Below, piece by piece: positions 12,962 to 26,107 of a stretch of DNA of 64,000 nt. This stretch comes from Tricharina praecox (lineage: Eukaryota), in NCBI RefSeq assembly GCF_024521635.1, contig NW_026250405.1, forward strand, positions 868,001 to 932,000. Reading direction: 5' to 3'. Every line of letters starts with the position of its first letter. The stretch's first letter is position 1. The translations under genes and the position numbers were made by a program. The notes beneath the pieces are model-generated. The model made no database searches. It was not told the DNA's origin and saw only the letters and a program-made list of their open reading frames with translations.

Positions 12962-15571
12962 AGCTAGGCCCGGATACCTCACAGGTCGTGCTATGTATGT
13001 ACATACCTACTCTTCCGATAGAAGTATGTACCTACATTGAACCTGCTCTATCACGTCCTGTAACTATGTATGTGCAATGGGTACATTGTAGCGGATGTGA
13101 ACTTGAACTCGAAACCGAGATACATGATACATCCGTTGGGGAGGATGTGGAGAATGTGGATACTGTACTGTACTGTACTGTACATAATCTGGCATTGGCT
13201 AGCTGTCCGCTGTCCGCTGCTGTTGCTGCTGCTGCAGAGGGAGTGGGAGTGGCAGTAGTGGCAGTGGCAGTGGCAGTAGTGGCAGTATCGTGGTGATAGT
13301 TGTGGTAGTCTACATAATCGCCCCCAATTCACAACGGGCCTGTAATGGGCCTGCATGAAGGCTGACGGGATGGGATGCAGGATGGGGTGCGAGATTATGC
13401 ACGTATAGCTCGTACATACCGCGACGTTACATGTATATGTAGTCGTTGGCACTGAGCACTGAATAGAGCAGATAGAGTACCGTGGTGGCGGGTTGTCTAA
13501 TCTTGGATTTTGAGCTTGGACTTGGGCTTTGAGGATTGAGGATTGAGGATTTTCGACGCTCCGTGCTGTAACGGGCGTTGGGTACATATGGACCGACTGC
13601 GGACGGGGGACGGAGAGATTGTGTATATATAAGGTATGCACCTACTAGAGTAGAACGGATCGACTACAGTTATTCGGACGTTCCATTGTAGTCTGCCCCC
13701 ATCTCAGCTTCTGAGTACAGTACAATATCCTGCACTCGAGTGCCAGTGCCAGCGTTAAGCTGGAACGTCCCAACGCAGCGCAACTCATATCTACCGGTTG
13801 AGCAGTGACCACTGCGTCGTGAAGAAGTCCATGTCCCAAGCCACCTACCTATACCTATGCCGATTGGTCGGGTACGGTTAGGTAGATATCTCAATCCCCC
13901 TCCGTCCTCCGTCTGCCCATATCGTCGTATCGCGGGTTTTGTCTGTGGGGTCGACGTGGCGGGACGCCTTCGTCTTCGTCTTCGTTCCGCTATCGAAGTT
14001 GTACCGTATTCGGACGGAGGATAGTCGAAGCGGTGCAGATTGCGAACCGGCACTAATTGCGAACCGGACCGCGATAGCTAACCAGGCCGCTGTACTATAC
14101 TTACTAACTATAGTTAACCGGCTGCAGGCTGCAGCCGCGGGGGCGGTTCGAACTTGCTGTGATTGGCCGGCGCGCGGACGAGGCGAGTCGAGGCGAAGCG
14201 ATATCGTCGGTGGCCATGGTGGACGATACCATGCGCTGGACGATATCGTATCGTATCGACTACATATCTATCGACACTACCTATCGACACTGGCTATCGA
14301 TGTGCATGAAGATCCGGGAGTGTGGGAGTGCGATAGACCCTTAGTTACGTGTAATCAGCGCTGCGGAAGATAATGGTAGCCACCTAAGAATCTGCATACA
14401 TGTGATATGAATAGTCGGCCCGTTCCCGTTCCCGTTCGGGCACACTTCTTCGCCGTCCCGGTACGCAAGGGATTCGGGCCGCGGGAGTTGTGGTTCGGAG
14501 AGGAATACGGTACAGGTTTAGATATATGATCGGATAGAATACTGTCCTCAAGAGCTCCACCAGAACACGTAATGTCCCGTACATATACTTACGGTTGATC
14601 ACTCTCCAGCACTCGCCGCCTCCTCATCCGCCGCCACAAGTTGCAGGGAGCCAGCAGAGGGCCGGGGAGGGCCAGCGCCTGCTCCAGCCTTGTTACTCCC
14701 TCCCGCCGCCCGCCGCCCTGCCTCATCTCATCGTGACCCATGGATGTACACCCACCGTTCCCCCACATCATCCATTACCCCACCAGCCACTTCGATATGC
14801 ACCAGGTCAATCGTTTGGAGTACCTACTCTTGAATCTAGATACCCTTACGTTTTACCATCCCCACGTCTCTTGCCATCCGCACGTCCCTAACAGCCCATC
14901 AACTTGCCATCGCCGCAACCGGCCACCACAGACACTCGTACATATGCAGCCCGTCGATCCCCCCGGATCCCCTACCGTAAGCCCTGTCCCAACGGTTTTA
15001 TTTTTGTCTTTTGGTCCGTTTACACAATCCAGTGTCCACATCCCACCTGGGAACGCGGAATTGAGTTTACATTGCCAGCCCCATGCGGAATAATCCGACG
15101 TTTCCAAGGCGTAACTTGTTGCCGAGTGATACCGCTTGCACAACCGCACCAGCCATTCCATTCCGTTCCAATTCGTTCATCAGCCACATGCATCAACGAT
15201 CCATCAACGATCAGATTTACAAATCAAACCGCCCCACCACACGTCAACATAGGTACTGCATCAAACCGCAGCAATATCAACAATCGAGTAGATAAACAAC
15301 AAGCAGGCAGGCAACACGACGAGAAAGGAAAAGGAAAAGGAAAGAGATAACTCCGCGTCGGAAAGAAAGAATGAAAGAAAGAGAGAAAGAAAGAAGGAAG
15401 GCCAATGAAAAGAGAAACCCGACCGTATTCCCAACAATGACAAAACGCACCACGACCAATCTACAACTAGAACTAGAAGACCAGAAGGAAAGTACAAGAA
15501 GAAGAGAACCATTACTGATTAGACTAGAGCGCCGTTCAATCCAGCACGATTGGATTGTTGTTGCCCGGTTC

Positions 15572-18270
15572 CTAATCGAGTGCAATGGGGTTGTTCCTGC
15601 CGCCTCTGCTACCACCACCGCCGCCGCCATTTCGTCCTCCACGACCTCCGCCGTTGCTGCGCATCCTCTCGAAGGCGTCTTCGTACTGATCAAGATCTAC
15701 GGCCTGTCTCCTGGTATTGCCGGGTCCTCCTCCTCCCCTCCTGATGCCGCCGGCACCACCCCTTCCGCCACCTCGACCCCTCTCGTTCCTGCGCGACGGA
15801 GGAGGAGGCGGAGAAGGAGGCGGAGGTCCAGGCGGCAAAGGGGGTGGAGGCGGCGGCGGAAGCGAGTCGCCCGCTTTGAGCACCCTCAGATCCTGATCGG
15901 AGCCGATTCGCTCAATGTAGACGCGCCTGAGCCTCTCACGCTGGTCCTCGATCTCGGTGTAATCACCGCCAATCAAGAGACCGAGGAGGGTGCGCCCCTT
16001 GCGGGAATCAAAGTCCCTCGCTGCCAGATTCGACATCTGCTCTGTGAGTGCGTCATAGGCTTCGCCGAAGCAAGCGAGCACCGTGGGAACGCAGAAAGAA
16101 GAGCGCGAGATGTTGTTATCCAGAACGTTGGGGTCCTGGATGACGAGGAGTGTTTCATCCTGGGCTTTGGCATAGGGGGGAGGTTGGAGCTCAGCTTTCT
16201 TAAAGTAACCAGGGTTTTGCTCGTCGACACGGATGCCGATGCGAGTGGTCTTGAAGCGCTTTCCGTATAGTTCTAGGAACTCGAGAAGGATGACCCCCAG
16301 GTTTGTAGACGGGTCCACCTCGCCACTGGCCACAGAGGGGAGCTGCTGTATGAGTGAGATGATGAGACAAGTTAGAGTAAACGAGCCAACTCCACCCTGA
16401 TACACTTCATTCAAACCTCTCATCGCCAGGAACTGCTTGACGAGCGTGAGCAAGATCGGAAGACAAGCATACTTATCGCGCCAGTTCCTGAACGTGTCAT
16501 TTGCCACAAGCCCAGATTTGTTCTCGAACGAGAGGTCAACAGCAAGCCCCGTAGCAGCGTCGATGTATTTCACAAGGGGAACCTTTGCCTTGGTGAGACA
16601 AGTTACAGTTCCATTTTCTGCAATGCCAGCATTTCTAATTGCAGTGGCAACCCTGTAGAGGAATCCTTTGGTGTCATACTTGGGCACATCGCGCAGCGCA
16701 TAGTCGCGCGATATGACGACCAAGTCAATGTCCGAAGTAGGGAGATACAACTCCGCCGCGAATGAGCCAAACACCCGTACATCGGTGTCGTGGCTGAGGG
16801 TGTTTATCAAGCTGCGGAGACTCTGTATCACGTATCGACGGACTGCGTGTTCGTACGGCCGCGGTCTAATGTACTCGATGAAGTCGACGATCTCCATGTG
16901 AAGCCTGTGACACCATGAGACGACATACGACAGGAAATGGAATATACATACCACATAGACATCTTGAGTGATCTTGAGTGATCTTGGGCCCCAGTCATCC
17001 AAGGGAACGGATTGACACCAGGCTTGGCGCGCATCTCATACTTGACATTACCATCAGGGTTCCGATTCCCTCTGGATATATCATGATGTTTTCTCTTCCT
17101 ACTCTTTGGAAGATCCTGTTCATCTTCACCAACGTCCAGTGCTTCGGGATCGTAGCTATCATCCTCCTGATAATCGTTGTAGTTATCAGAGTCAACATCT
17201 TCGCCCCACCGATTTTTCCGTTTCCTGTTGAGAGCCTTGCGCACATCTTTACTGGGTCCTGGGGGAGCACCTAGTTTTTGACCTCTCGACAGCGGGCCCA
17301 CTCCTGGAGGTGCATCATCAACCGGCTGCTGTGACACATACGGGCCATGGAGGCGCTCCCTATGAGAGAATGGACGGCTACCTGGCACATCGACAGGAGA
17401 ATCTGGAGCCCCGACGGTGCTATCATTCAACCTCCGTTTCTTCCTGTAATCCCCTTGATCACTGAAATCCGACTCTGGAGTTGCCTCCTTCTTCTTCTCT
17501 TCGCCGAAATCCAGCGATATGAAATCATCATTCGCTGCCACGCGGTCTGTCTTCTTCGCCTGGTCTGCCGCCGCCTTCTTTGCTTGTCTGATCATGGTAA
17601 TAACGTCGACACGTTTCTTGTCCACTTCCACAAACTCCTTGCCTTCAACAACCTCCAGCAGCTTGTCTCCTATTGGGAGGACCTGTACATCCGACACACT
17701 CACAGCACCCTCTGTTGCTGGTGCTGCGGATGGCGCTGGTGTTGCTGGTGTCGGTATTTTGTTTCCAGTGGCGGACTTCACCTCATCATCATGAGAACCT
17801 TCGACCCCTTCAATTTTTTCCTCAGCGGGATCCTCGCCACTGAGATCAATCTCAAAGCCACCGGTGACCATCCCCTCCATGAGCTCGGGCGTCTTTTCCT
17901 TGTAGTCGAAATTGAGGATGGGGCGGTCGTGGGCAGGGAGCGGAACCCATTTCTTAAAATCAGGTTTTTTCCCCTGGTAGCCACCACGACCACCCGCAGG
18001 ACCACCACGACCACCGCGTCCTCCCGGACGAAAGCTATCCCTGCCTCCACCAGCACCACCGCCACCCTGTCTTGAGCCGCGATCGGGCTCTGTGTCGCGG
18101 GTGCGCGGTGGGAGGTGGCGCGGATGCTCGAATCCGAATTCCCGGTCGCGGTAGCGGGAGTTGGCGTTTCCTGTGAAGCGAGGAGGCGAGCGCGAGCGGG
18201 AGCGCTGGCGGCTCGGACGGTACGAGTCGCCGTCGCCGTCGCGGCCGCCGTAGCCTGAGCGGGAGGCCAT
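15572..18270 (-). CDS. TRF4: Non-canonical poly(A) polymerase, Trf4/Pap2/Cid14 family (TRAMP) (intron 16905-16951)
   Basis: Nucleotidyltransferase motif FGSFAAELYLPTSDIDLV, plus AKVPLVKY, KQFLAMRGLNEVYQGGVGSF and PAP-associated IQDPN. ATG at 18270 (MASRSGYGG); 47-nt intron GTATGT...CAG gives MSMW|LHMEIVDF. Confidence 0.92.
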
Positions 18271-19400
18271 GGTTCGGTTGATGTGTAAATTCGGCGCGCG
18301 CGGGGGGGCGCTTCGGTCCGTGACGAAGTACGCTGTTGTGTGTTGAGGTGCAAGGGCTTGGAAAACGGAATCCGGGGGTGAACAGTCGCGACGATGGAGC
18401 AGACAACTATGGCGGCGGAAAAAAAGACACATTAGCGAGCTACTAGTGCTGTGAGTTGGCTACTAACGCCTTCCAGTATATCTTATCGAATCTATCGAAA
18501 AGCTGTCATCATCCGGAGAATTCTAGGAACATCAACTCTCACATTCTAGGAACTACCACATTCTCGGAACTACCGGAAATGTGCAAACATAGTTTGCTGT
18601 CGTCCGTTGGACAGTATCTTGCGACATCGGTTCGCTGTTCACTTTGACACAGGAACCTGTAAGGCTGAACCAACTCTTTCATCGACATTCTGTCACATTT
18701 CAACAGCTAATGCCCGCTCAAATGCTCCCGGAAAATACCCTCATATGCGCCTTTATAACGGCTTTCAGGATGGATTTCGGTGACATGAAGAGATACACAG
18801 GGGTCCATCGTGTGCGAAATCAAGTTCGACCCGAGGTGGAACTTGGAGAATACGCAATCTTTACTTTTCGAACTGTACGGACAGACCCCCTTGAGTACCT
18901 TCCCCACAACGAAAGAAGTGAGGACGCGGTTTGGGTGAGCTCCATGCGGTTCGGAGAGTTGGCATGTTCGGTTTATTTGTCACTTGATGGTTACATACCC
19001 GCTGTGGCTACGAATACGACCCTTCACGTTGCATCCATCAGCGACCCACCTTCCAGTGGACGAGCGCCTTCTCCATTTCGGGCTTTGTAGGGTGTCAATC
19101 TCAGCATGCGGTTAGGACCGTAGAACCAGCCTCCATAGAGAGACGTGGCGCAAATAGAGCAACACGTACCAAAATCATGATTCTATGCCACCCAAGTTTT
19201 AACACCCATTGCCATTTAACAACACCAGAAAAGAAAAAGAACAGGAAACAAAGTACCTTCTTGTGTGCATCAAGCTATCAGGACGCAGCCTCGTCGCCCT
19301 ATCCGCTTCCCGCCCACCGCTCTTCCGAAGAGATCTCATTAGAAAATGTCTGCAGGATCTCTCGTATGTGCTCTTTTCCCTACTCCAAAGCATCGGGATC

Positions 19401-20333
19401 TTACCCCAGAACCTTCCTCTCCGCGCCCTTTCCTTTGCCCTTCTTCTTGTTCTTGTTCTTGTCCACCCTTCCGCCTTTCGTCTTGTTCCCACCGACGACC
19501 ACCGGCTTGATCTCCGTATTGCTCCTCTTCAGCAGCACAGGATGACTGCCAATATACTTCCCCTGCATCTCCCTCGCAGCGCGGAAATACTCATCACCGT
19601 CCGCAAACGCAACGAACCCGTACCCTTTCGACTTGGTCGTGCGCTTATCCCTCACAACCCTCGCCTTCTTGACACTCGGATACTTCGAGAACGCCTTGAG
19701 CAGACTATCGTCCGTGACCTCTCCAGCCAAGTTTCCCACGAACAACCGGAAGTGCGACGGATCCCACTCAAGCAGCGTCGAGTCCTGCCAAGTCTGACCA
19801 CCACCCTGCCTTACCACCGTCGGCACCTTCGCCGCCGCACTATTCCTTCCTGCCCCCGCTGCTCCCGCCGCCGCCACGCCGGCCCCACTCGCTCCGGGCA
19901 CATCAACCGGCGGCTTCGGCGCCGCTCTCGCCTTCAGATTCTCCGCGTTGCTGGGGTCGTAGATACTCTGCTGCTGTGCGATCTGCGCCTGCAGCTCCGG
20001 ATCCAGGTCTGCATATCTCGAATCGGCATGTTTCCGTCCTCCGTTGCCGCCGCCGACGCCAGGCAAAGGGAAGGGATTGACGATGTGGGGTGCGGAGGAG
20101 CCCTGCGCCGACGAGTATGATGATATGGGCGGCGGAACGTAGCCTGTGAATTGCGGCGCGTACCCGCTGCTGTAGTCAGCCGGTGCCGCACCGTAGCTGT
20201 GTGTAGGCGGCGCGCTGTGGTGGGGGGCGGACGCGACCTGGCGCGGTGCGAAGCGCGTGAAGGCATTCACTGAGGGCGGGGGGCGAGGAGGGAGAGAGGA
20301 ACCGGAGGTGCCGGGGGGTGGGGGGTAGGACAT
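19401..20333 (-). CDS. RRM RNA-binding protein, RBM42-like
   Basis: TVVRQGGGQTWQDSTLLEWDPSHFRLFVGNLAGEVTDDSL...RDKRTTKSKGYGFVAF...GKYIGSHPV is the RBM42-type signature with RNP2/RNP1. Probable ATG at 20333 (MSYPPPPG). Confidence 0.9.
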   Translation of the reverse strand: MSYPPPPGTSGSSLPPRPPPSVNAFTRFAPRQVASAPHHSAPPTHSYGAAPADYSSGYAPQFTGYVPPPISSYSSAQGSSAPHIVNPFPLPGVGGGNGGRKHADSRYADLDPELQAQIAQQQSIYDPSNAENLKARAAPKPPVDVPGASGAGVAAAGAAGAGRNSAAAKVPTVVRQGGGQTWQDSTLLEWDPSHFRLFVGNLAGEVTDDSLLKAFSKYPSVKKARVVRDKRTTKSKGYGFVAFADGDEYFRAAREMQGKYIGSHPVLLKRSNTEIKPVVVGGNKTKGGRVDKNKNKKKGKGKGAERKVLG

Positions 20334-22106
20334 GGTGATGATGTGGTTGTTGGAGTGAAGTCGGAGGTGAAGTTGAGGTGAAGTTGGAGGTGATGTTGGA
20401 AGTGGAAGTGTGATGGCTGATGATCTCGAGTTGCTGAGCGCAGGTGGCAGGTAGAATTCCTTGGAAGCATTAACGATGCGCCAAGCCATAGAACGCCACT
20501 CACCGCCACTCACAATATAATTGTGGCGTAAAAACTGTGAGCAAGAACAAAAGTTGAAAGTTCTCATAGCTACGGTACAGCTGTATTCGGCGGGGGTATA
20601 GTGGATTTATGATTCCAAGAATGCGGCGAGTCTGAAACTGAGTGACAGTCGGTGAAGAATTTCGACCTCATTATCTCAACTGCTAAAACGCAGATATGAA
20701 CGGAGTAAGCGATTACACCAAAGGATCACGGCTTTTGTCGCACGACCGTCCATACACACTGATTCCACCAGATATTCCACATCCACAACTGATCTTTACT
20801 TTTGACCCAGCGCTGGCCATCTTGATCCATGAGCAGGAGCGAGAAAACAGCCTGATTTGTCCCGAGTCTACACCATTGACTTCATGGCTTTCTTAAACAA
20901 CGCAGTTTTCGGGGTTGTGTCGAGAGGTTTTCAGATCCAGCGAGTCCTTCGACTGACTCGAATAACTCCAGTCCATTGGTTTCTGAACGTATGTTTTCAT
21001 ACGCCCTTCAGAAATCCACATCATCCGCCTGCCCCCTTCGTATATGCTCCTCCCGGCCAAACGTTGATACCCACATTCTTGCCAGAGTCACCACGATCAT
21101 CCACACCAGCAGCAATCAACGCGTGTATCGGTGCAGGTTAGCCTATTTGCCGTGTCTCGTGAATAGAGATAGAAACCTACATGTCACATATCGAGTCGAC
21201 ATCAGACTGTGGGGCTGTCGGCCGATTACTCACATGTTGGGTTGGTGTTCAACTACCGAAGGCCTTGGAGCTCGGAGCTTGAGGCACGCTTTCCTGATTC
21301 CTATGTGCAATCCAAGTGGAGCTCGTTGTGGACATGTTATCTTGTAGCAAGGAGACATAGCGGATAGACCTCGTGAGTCGTGGGCTGGATGTGCCGTGGA
21401 TGCGGTAAAATACTCGGGCAGCCAGTGCTGTGGGAAATTCCATCCAAGCTGTCCGAGGGAAGCTGTCCGCACCACCGAACAAGTTCAAGTCCAAGTTCCG
21501 TTATCTACATACCTCCCTCTACCCTAGCGCATATTCCCATGCTCCCACGGTTCGAAATCAGACATGTTGGAAATGGTCTGGGGCTGTATGTAGGTGGGGG
21601 AGGCACGGCACCGTAGGCAGCTGTCAGGCAAGGATGGTGAATAACTAACGCGCTCACCAGCAGGGCGTAAACAACTATCTCTAACTCCTGCATCTGCCTC
21701 GTGGACGCGTGGACCAGATGGGTATATTCGAATCACCGAGGCATCGTCTCCTCTTCCCCGTAGACCGTCAGAACCAACGGAAGAGTGCAGTGGCGGGGGG
21801 AATGGATGGATGGTCGTCGTCGTTGTTGCTGACAGGGGTCCGAAAAGTCACAAAAACCGCGAAGAAAAAGCAAGCTAAAACCCGCGAAAGAAGCTCAGGG
21901 CCACGCGGAAGCGGAAGCGAGCAGGTAGGTTGCAGGACCAGCCTGGAGGCGTGCGGGTGACGGCGGGAAGTATGCAACAAAGGAACCACGGTCCACGCCG
22001 CACAAAGTGCTCGTCCTCGTCGTCGTTGTCGTCGATGTTAATGCCCACCCTGCTTGTATGTAGCCAGGAACATCCATCCTATGGCCATCTAACGCAGGTC
22101 AAAGCA

Positions 22107-22113
22107 TATAAAA
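22107..22113 (+). promoter_or_regulatory. TATA box of the metallothionein gene
   Basis: TATAAAA about 145 nt upstream of the ATG at 22254, followed by a CT-rich tract typical of highly expressed fungal promoters. Confidence 0.65.
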
Positions 22114-22253
22114 GACCTCTGTCCGTCCCTCCTCCTGCCTTCCTCCCTCCCTCCTCCTCCCCACCGCCTCGATCGTCAACCATCACTACCACAACTTCAA
22201 ACACCATATCCACTTTCCAACCAATCCCCCACCACCACTAACCCAAAATCAAT

Positions 22254-22393
22254 ATGTCTGGAGGATGCGGATGTTCCGGCGATGCCACCTGCACCTGTGG
22301 CACTGGCTGCTCTTGCGGCGTATGTCCTCCCCTCCGCCCTCCTCCCTCTCGAGATCCTAAGTTCGTTGGCTAATACAAAGCGTGCAGAAATAA
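22254..22393 (+). CDS. Small fungal metallothionein, 23 aa MSGGCGCSGDATCTCGTGCSCGK (exons 22254-22319, 22388-22393)
   Basis: Three CxC motifs in a Gly/Ser/Thr-rich peptide, closely resembling Neurospora-type copper metallothionein. Canonical 68-nt intron GTATGT...GCTAAT...CAG, then AAA TAA; upstream TATA box. Confidence 0.9.
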
Positions 22394-23293
22394 ACACCTC
22401 GACTCGACTCGACTCTTCGATGACGGCCCCGGCCGAGGATGGAGGATAGAGGAGGATGGAGGAGGACACGGGAGTGACGAGAGTTTGTATTGAAGGGGAC
22501 GTTTTCTTGAATCTTGAGTGCTGTATCCGCTAGGTGTAGGTGTAGTAAGCCACCTACCTATTAAGGTGTTGAAGCAACTCGTCCTTGAACTCGTGAGCTT
22601 AAAACGTGATAAATACTACTATATGTGAGCTCCCTTGGCCTTCAGAGTTCCGGCCACAGTGACACCCCACCCCCAGAGCCCATTCATTCACCGCGAGTTC
22701 GCTCGAGATCCATCTCGTTCCGTTCCGTTGTTCCTATTGCCATTGGTATCGTAAACTGTAACTCTGCAACCCCGCATCGACGTGGTGTCTTGTCTTGATG
22801 TCTGTGCCCGGGTCTGTACTCGACACTCTGCAGCCCTAGATACTTACCTAGACCATACCATATCAGCGGAACCTCCCTTTCATACATACCTTCCTCCCGC
22901 CCTCCCACATTCCACCTCCCACCCAGCCACTCACTCACCAACTCGAAGAACAGGACAACTGCAGACCTTATATACTCAGGCGTTGCGGGATTTTCACTGT
23001 TTCATGCAGGGACCAAACCGGCGATACATTATGTATCTGTCTGTCGCTGCAGGCACCTGGATGGACACTACTATGATAGGGTCTGGTGATGCTAGATGAT
23101 GCTATGGTACGTGCGGGATTACAAGCTCATTGATGTACCCCACGAGCGAGCCAGGAGATCACGAGTATTCTTCATACTTCAAAACATTTGATTTCCACCC
23201 CTTCCCCCACATCCTCCACCTTACAAATCCATCATAATCCGTCATGCATAAGCCAATACACGTGCGCCTTATCATTAAATCACCACCCCCCCT

Positions 23294-24632
23294 CTAACCA
23301 GCCATATACACGTCCGGGCCGGCAACAACATGCGGCAGCAAGAGCGAAACATTGTGGGGGGTAACATACAGGTCCGTATCCGTGAGCACGACGAACACGG
23401 TCCCATTAACCAGCGGATTCAAATTGCTATAAAGATGTCCATCGGGCTGTACCGCCGACGCGGAGTGAGTACCGTTATTATCCGTCGTGTTAACGTTATA
23501 CAGCGGCGTATACGTAACATTCAGCTGCGAGATCCACGCGGCGAACGCGGGCTTCCCAGCGAACGTGCGCGTAACATAGCTGTTATTCGGACCGACATGG
23601 TCTCCCGCGTCCGAGAAGGTGAAATTCACCTCGCGGCCCGGGTGAGATAGCTGCGTACGGTTGTGCGTGAGTGCGGCTTGGAAGGCGGGATCGTATGCTT
23701 GAGGGTTGTTGGTCACGTTCAATGCGGGGAAGTTCTGCCAGGGGAGCTTGGGTGTGTCCGCTGGACACGACTTGATGTATGGCGCCAGCAGCGTCCAGGC
23801 GAAAGACTGCGGAACGCCGATTTGGAACCACTCGGGCGTCGGGAAGAGGCCTTCGAGCTATATGCACGCAAGAAGGGTTAGCGAGTGATATTTGGTGGGA
23901 GAGGGGGGGGATGCACTTGACGGAAGATCATTTGCTGCCGGGCTTCGGTCGTAATGGATTGCAGCAGCATTTGCGCGGCGGGCCGAGAGTCCATGTGTGG
24001 CAGGAAACCGTACACGCCCGCCTCGCCCCACCGTGTCAATTTTTGGCAGAAGTCGATGAACTCTGGGACGGTCTTGAAGGGGTACTGGTATTGGCAGCGT
24101 TTGGGGGCGTGAGGACCAAGCATGTTGCTGATGAGGGTGGCGTGGCCTGGGGAGGGGGGGGGTGTCAGAATTTCCACCAGTTATGGGAGTGTAATGGGGA
24201 CATACCGATCTCCTGCTGCGACATATATGCGATCAACGCCCTATTCTCCGCTCCTATACCGGTCTTATTGAAATCCTCGTCCGAGAACATGTCCAGTCCC
24301 GCCTGGAACAAGTCGAGCTCTATCCACTCCTGATAGAGCGCCAACGAGAGCGACTGCCAATCAAAGTCCGAGAACGCCTGGTACACCGGGATCGAAGACT
24401 TGTTGGTGTTGACGCCTCCGGCGGGCATGTACGGCATCGGCTCCGGCTGCGTCAGGTTCCCGGTGTTCGGGTATGCATTCGACGGCTGCGGCGGGTTCCC
24501 GGACGGGATCCGCCCGGGCGTGCCGGTGGCGGACATGGCATTGGACTCGGTCGTGGTAACGGCCTGCGGAGCGGGTACGGCTCGCACGGCGAGCGCGAAG
24601 AGGCCAGAGGCCTGGAGGATTGAGAATCGCAT
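23294..24632 (-). CDS. Rds1-like secreted protein with ferritin-like domain (introns 24147-24205, 23858-23916)
   Basis: Signal peptide MRFSILQASGLFALAVRA. LSLALYQEWIELDLF, QEIG|HATLISNMLG, LTRWGEAGVYGFL and SITTEARQQMIFRQ|LEGLFP match the Rds1/Ferritin_2 pattern; both introns splice in frame. Confidence 0.85.
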
Positions 24633-26107
24633 TGTTGTGAGATTGATACGTGGGCGAACGCTGTGGATGCACGAGATCTGTGATAACTATCCAAACAACA
24701 CATCAGAGACACTGGTTTATATACACTCCTCCACTGGCAACTACACTGATGCCGCGATGGTGACGACATGATCGAGTGTACATGAGTTTAGTACAAATGC
24801 CGTGGCCCCGTAGCCAGTATGCTGGCTGGCTCGTCCAGTGACCAGCAAGTATCCCCCCTTCGCTAAGCAATCGATCATGACACTGCGGTGGGTACTGTTA
24901 GCCCGCGGCCGGAGGCTGGGTCGTTTCCCCGTGAGTATCGATCGATGTTCGGCGAATCCGCCAACCTTGGCTGGCTGGCAGCACGCGTGGCCGGCAGCCA
25001 GCCCGCACGCCTAAGCTAAATCCCAATTGAGTTTGTCGGCCGTCCGCCGCCGCGGAGCGAAGAATGGTGATGTAGCCTCGACACTGGACAGAGAGGCCGC
25101 GCAAGATCCTGGTGCTCGGTGACGATCATGAGCGTCAGACCCCCCTCCCCACGAGTCCCTCCCTCCCAGTCGACGTCGAAGGAAGAAACGGAGGTTATGT
25201 CATAGTTATATCGGCAGTATCGGCTCACCCTCTAACTCTCAATTCTTAATTCACCACGCCTAGAACACACAATACACCCGCTGATCAGCGCCCAGACGGG
25301 GAGGTTGTGTACCGGAGCTTTTATCCAGCCGAGGCCGAACGGGTTCCTGGGAGGCATTTGAGAGTACTGCAGAGTACTGCAGAGGCGGATATAACTACCG
25401 TACCGCCTCTCTCTCTCTGCAGGAATGCGGTCTCAGGTGAGGTGGATCAAACAGACGCACAAGGTAGGTATCATGCCAATTGAGATGGACATGTTCAATC
25501 GCCAGCTTCATTCCCCCGACGCCGATGGGGATTCTCGTTGGCCACTGGAATACCGTACCTACTCTACTCGGTAATGGCGAAGGAACGGAGCTGTTGCGTC
25601 AGCGATCTCTTGACTTGCTGTCGACGACTTGACGGGCACAATACACAATAATTGCCCTTGCGCAAATATATTGTCGACAGGGTTTCTCGCCCGTGTACGA
25701 TCGTAGAACTGAAAGCATCGATAGACAGAGTACCTAGAGGCGTGAGATCGGGCCATTGGGGAGGAATCAAGCACTGCCACCTGCCAGACCGCCAGACCGC
25801 CAGAACATCGAATAGCTTCTTCCAGCTGACCAGAGTGTAAACTGTAAACATGGAGATGTCAATATCAGATTCGCGCATGATCTCTCGCTCTTTCAACTGC
25901 ACTGCGCAGTAACTATTACTTATTCCGTTCTGGCGGCTGTGGCCCACGCTAAGTAACGGCGTCCACATCAGCTCTAGCGCCCGGCAACCTCCGCCTGCAT
26001 CCTAAAAATTTCCAAAATTTCCTTCCCGCCTTCACTCACTCACAGGCTCTCACCAACCTTCCACCTCACCAACCTTCCACCTTCCACCGTCCCCCTCACC
26101 ACGCACA

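Noticed and set aside
15371..16270. Long antisense ORFs over TRF4, the RBM42-like gene, SMC1 and the patatin gene
   Set aside because: Shadow ORFs expected from GC-rich codon usage on the opposite strand.
16961..16987. 10-bp tandem repeat (ATCTTGAGTG) inside the TRF4 coding region
   Set aside because: The frame stays open and gives a plausible DHSRSLKMSMW before the conserved WLH motif; no sign of frameshift or insertion.
18644..19090. 148-aa ORF between TRF4 and the RBM42-like gene
   Set aside because: TTG start, no recognisable motif or coding-like bias.
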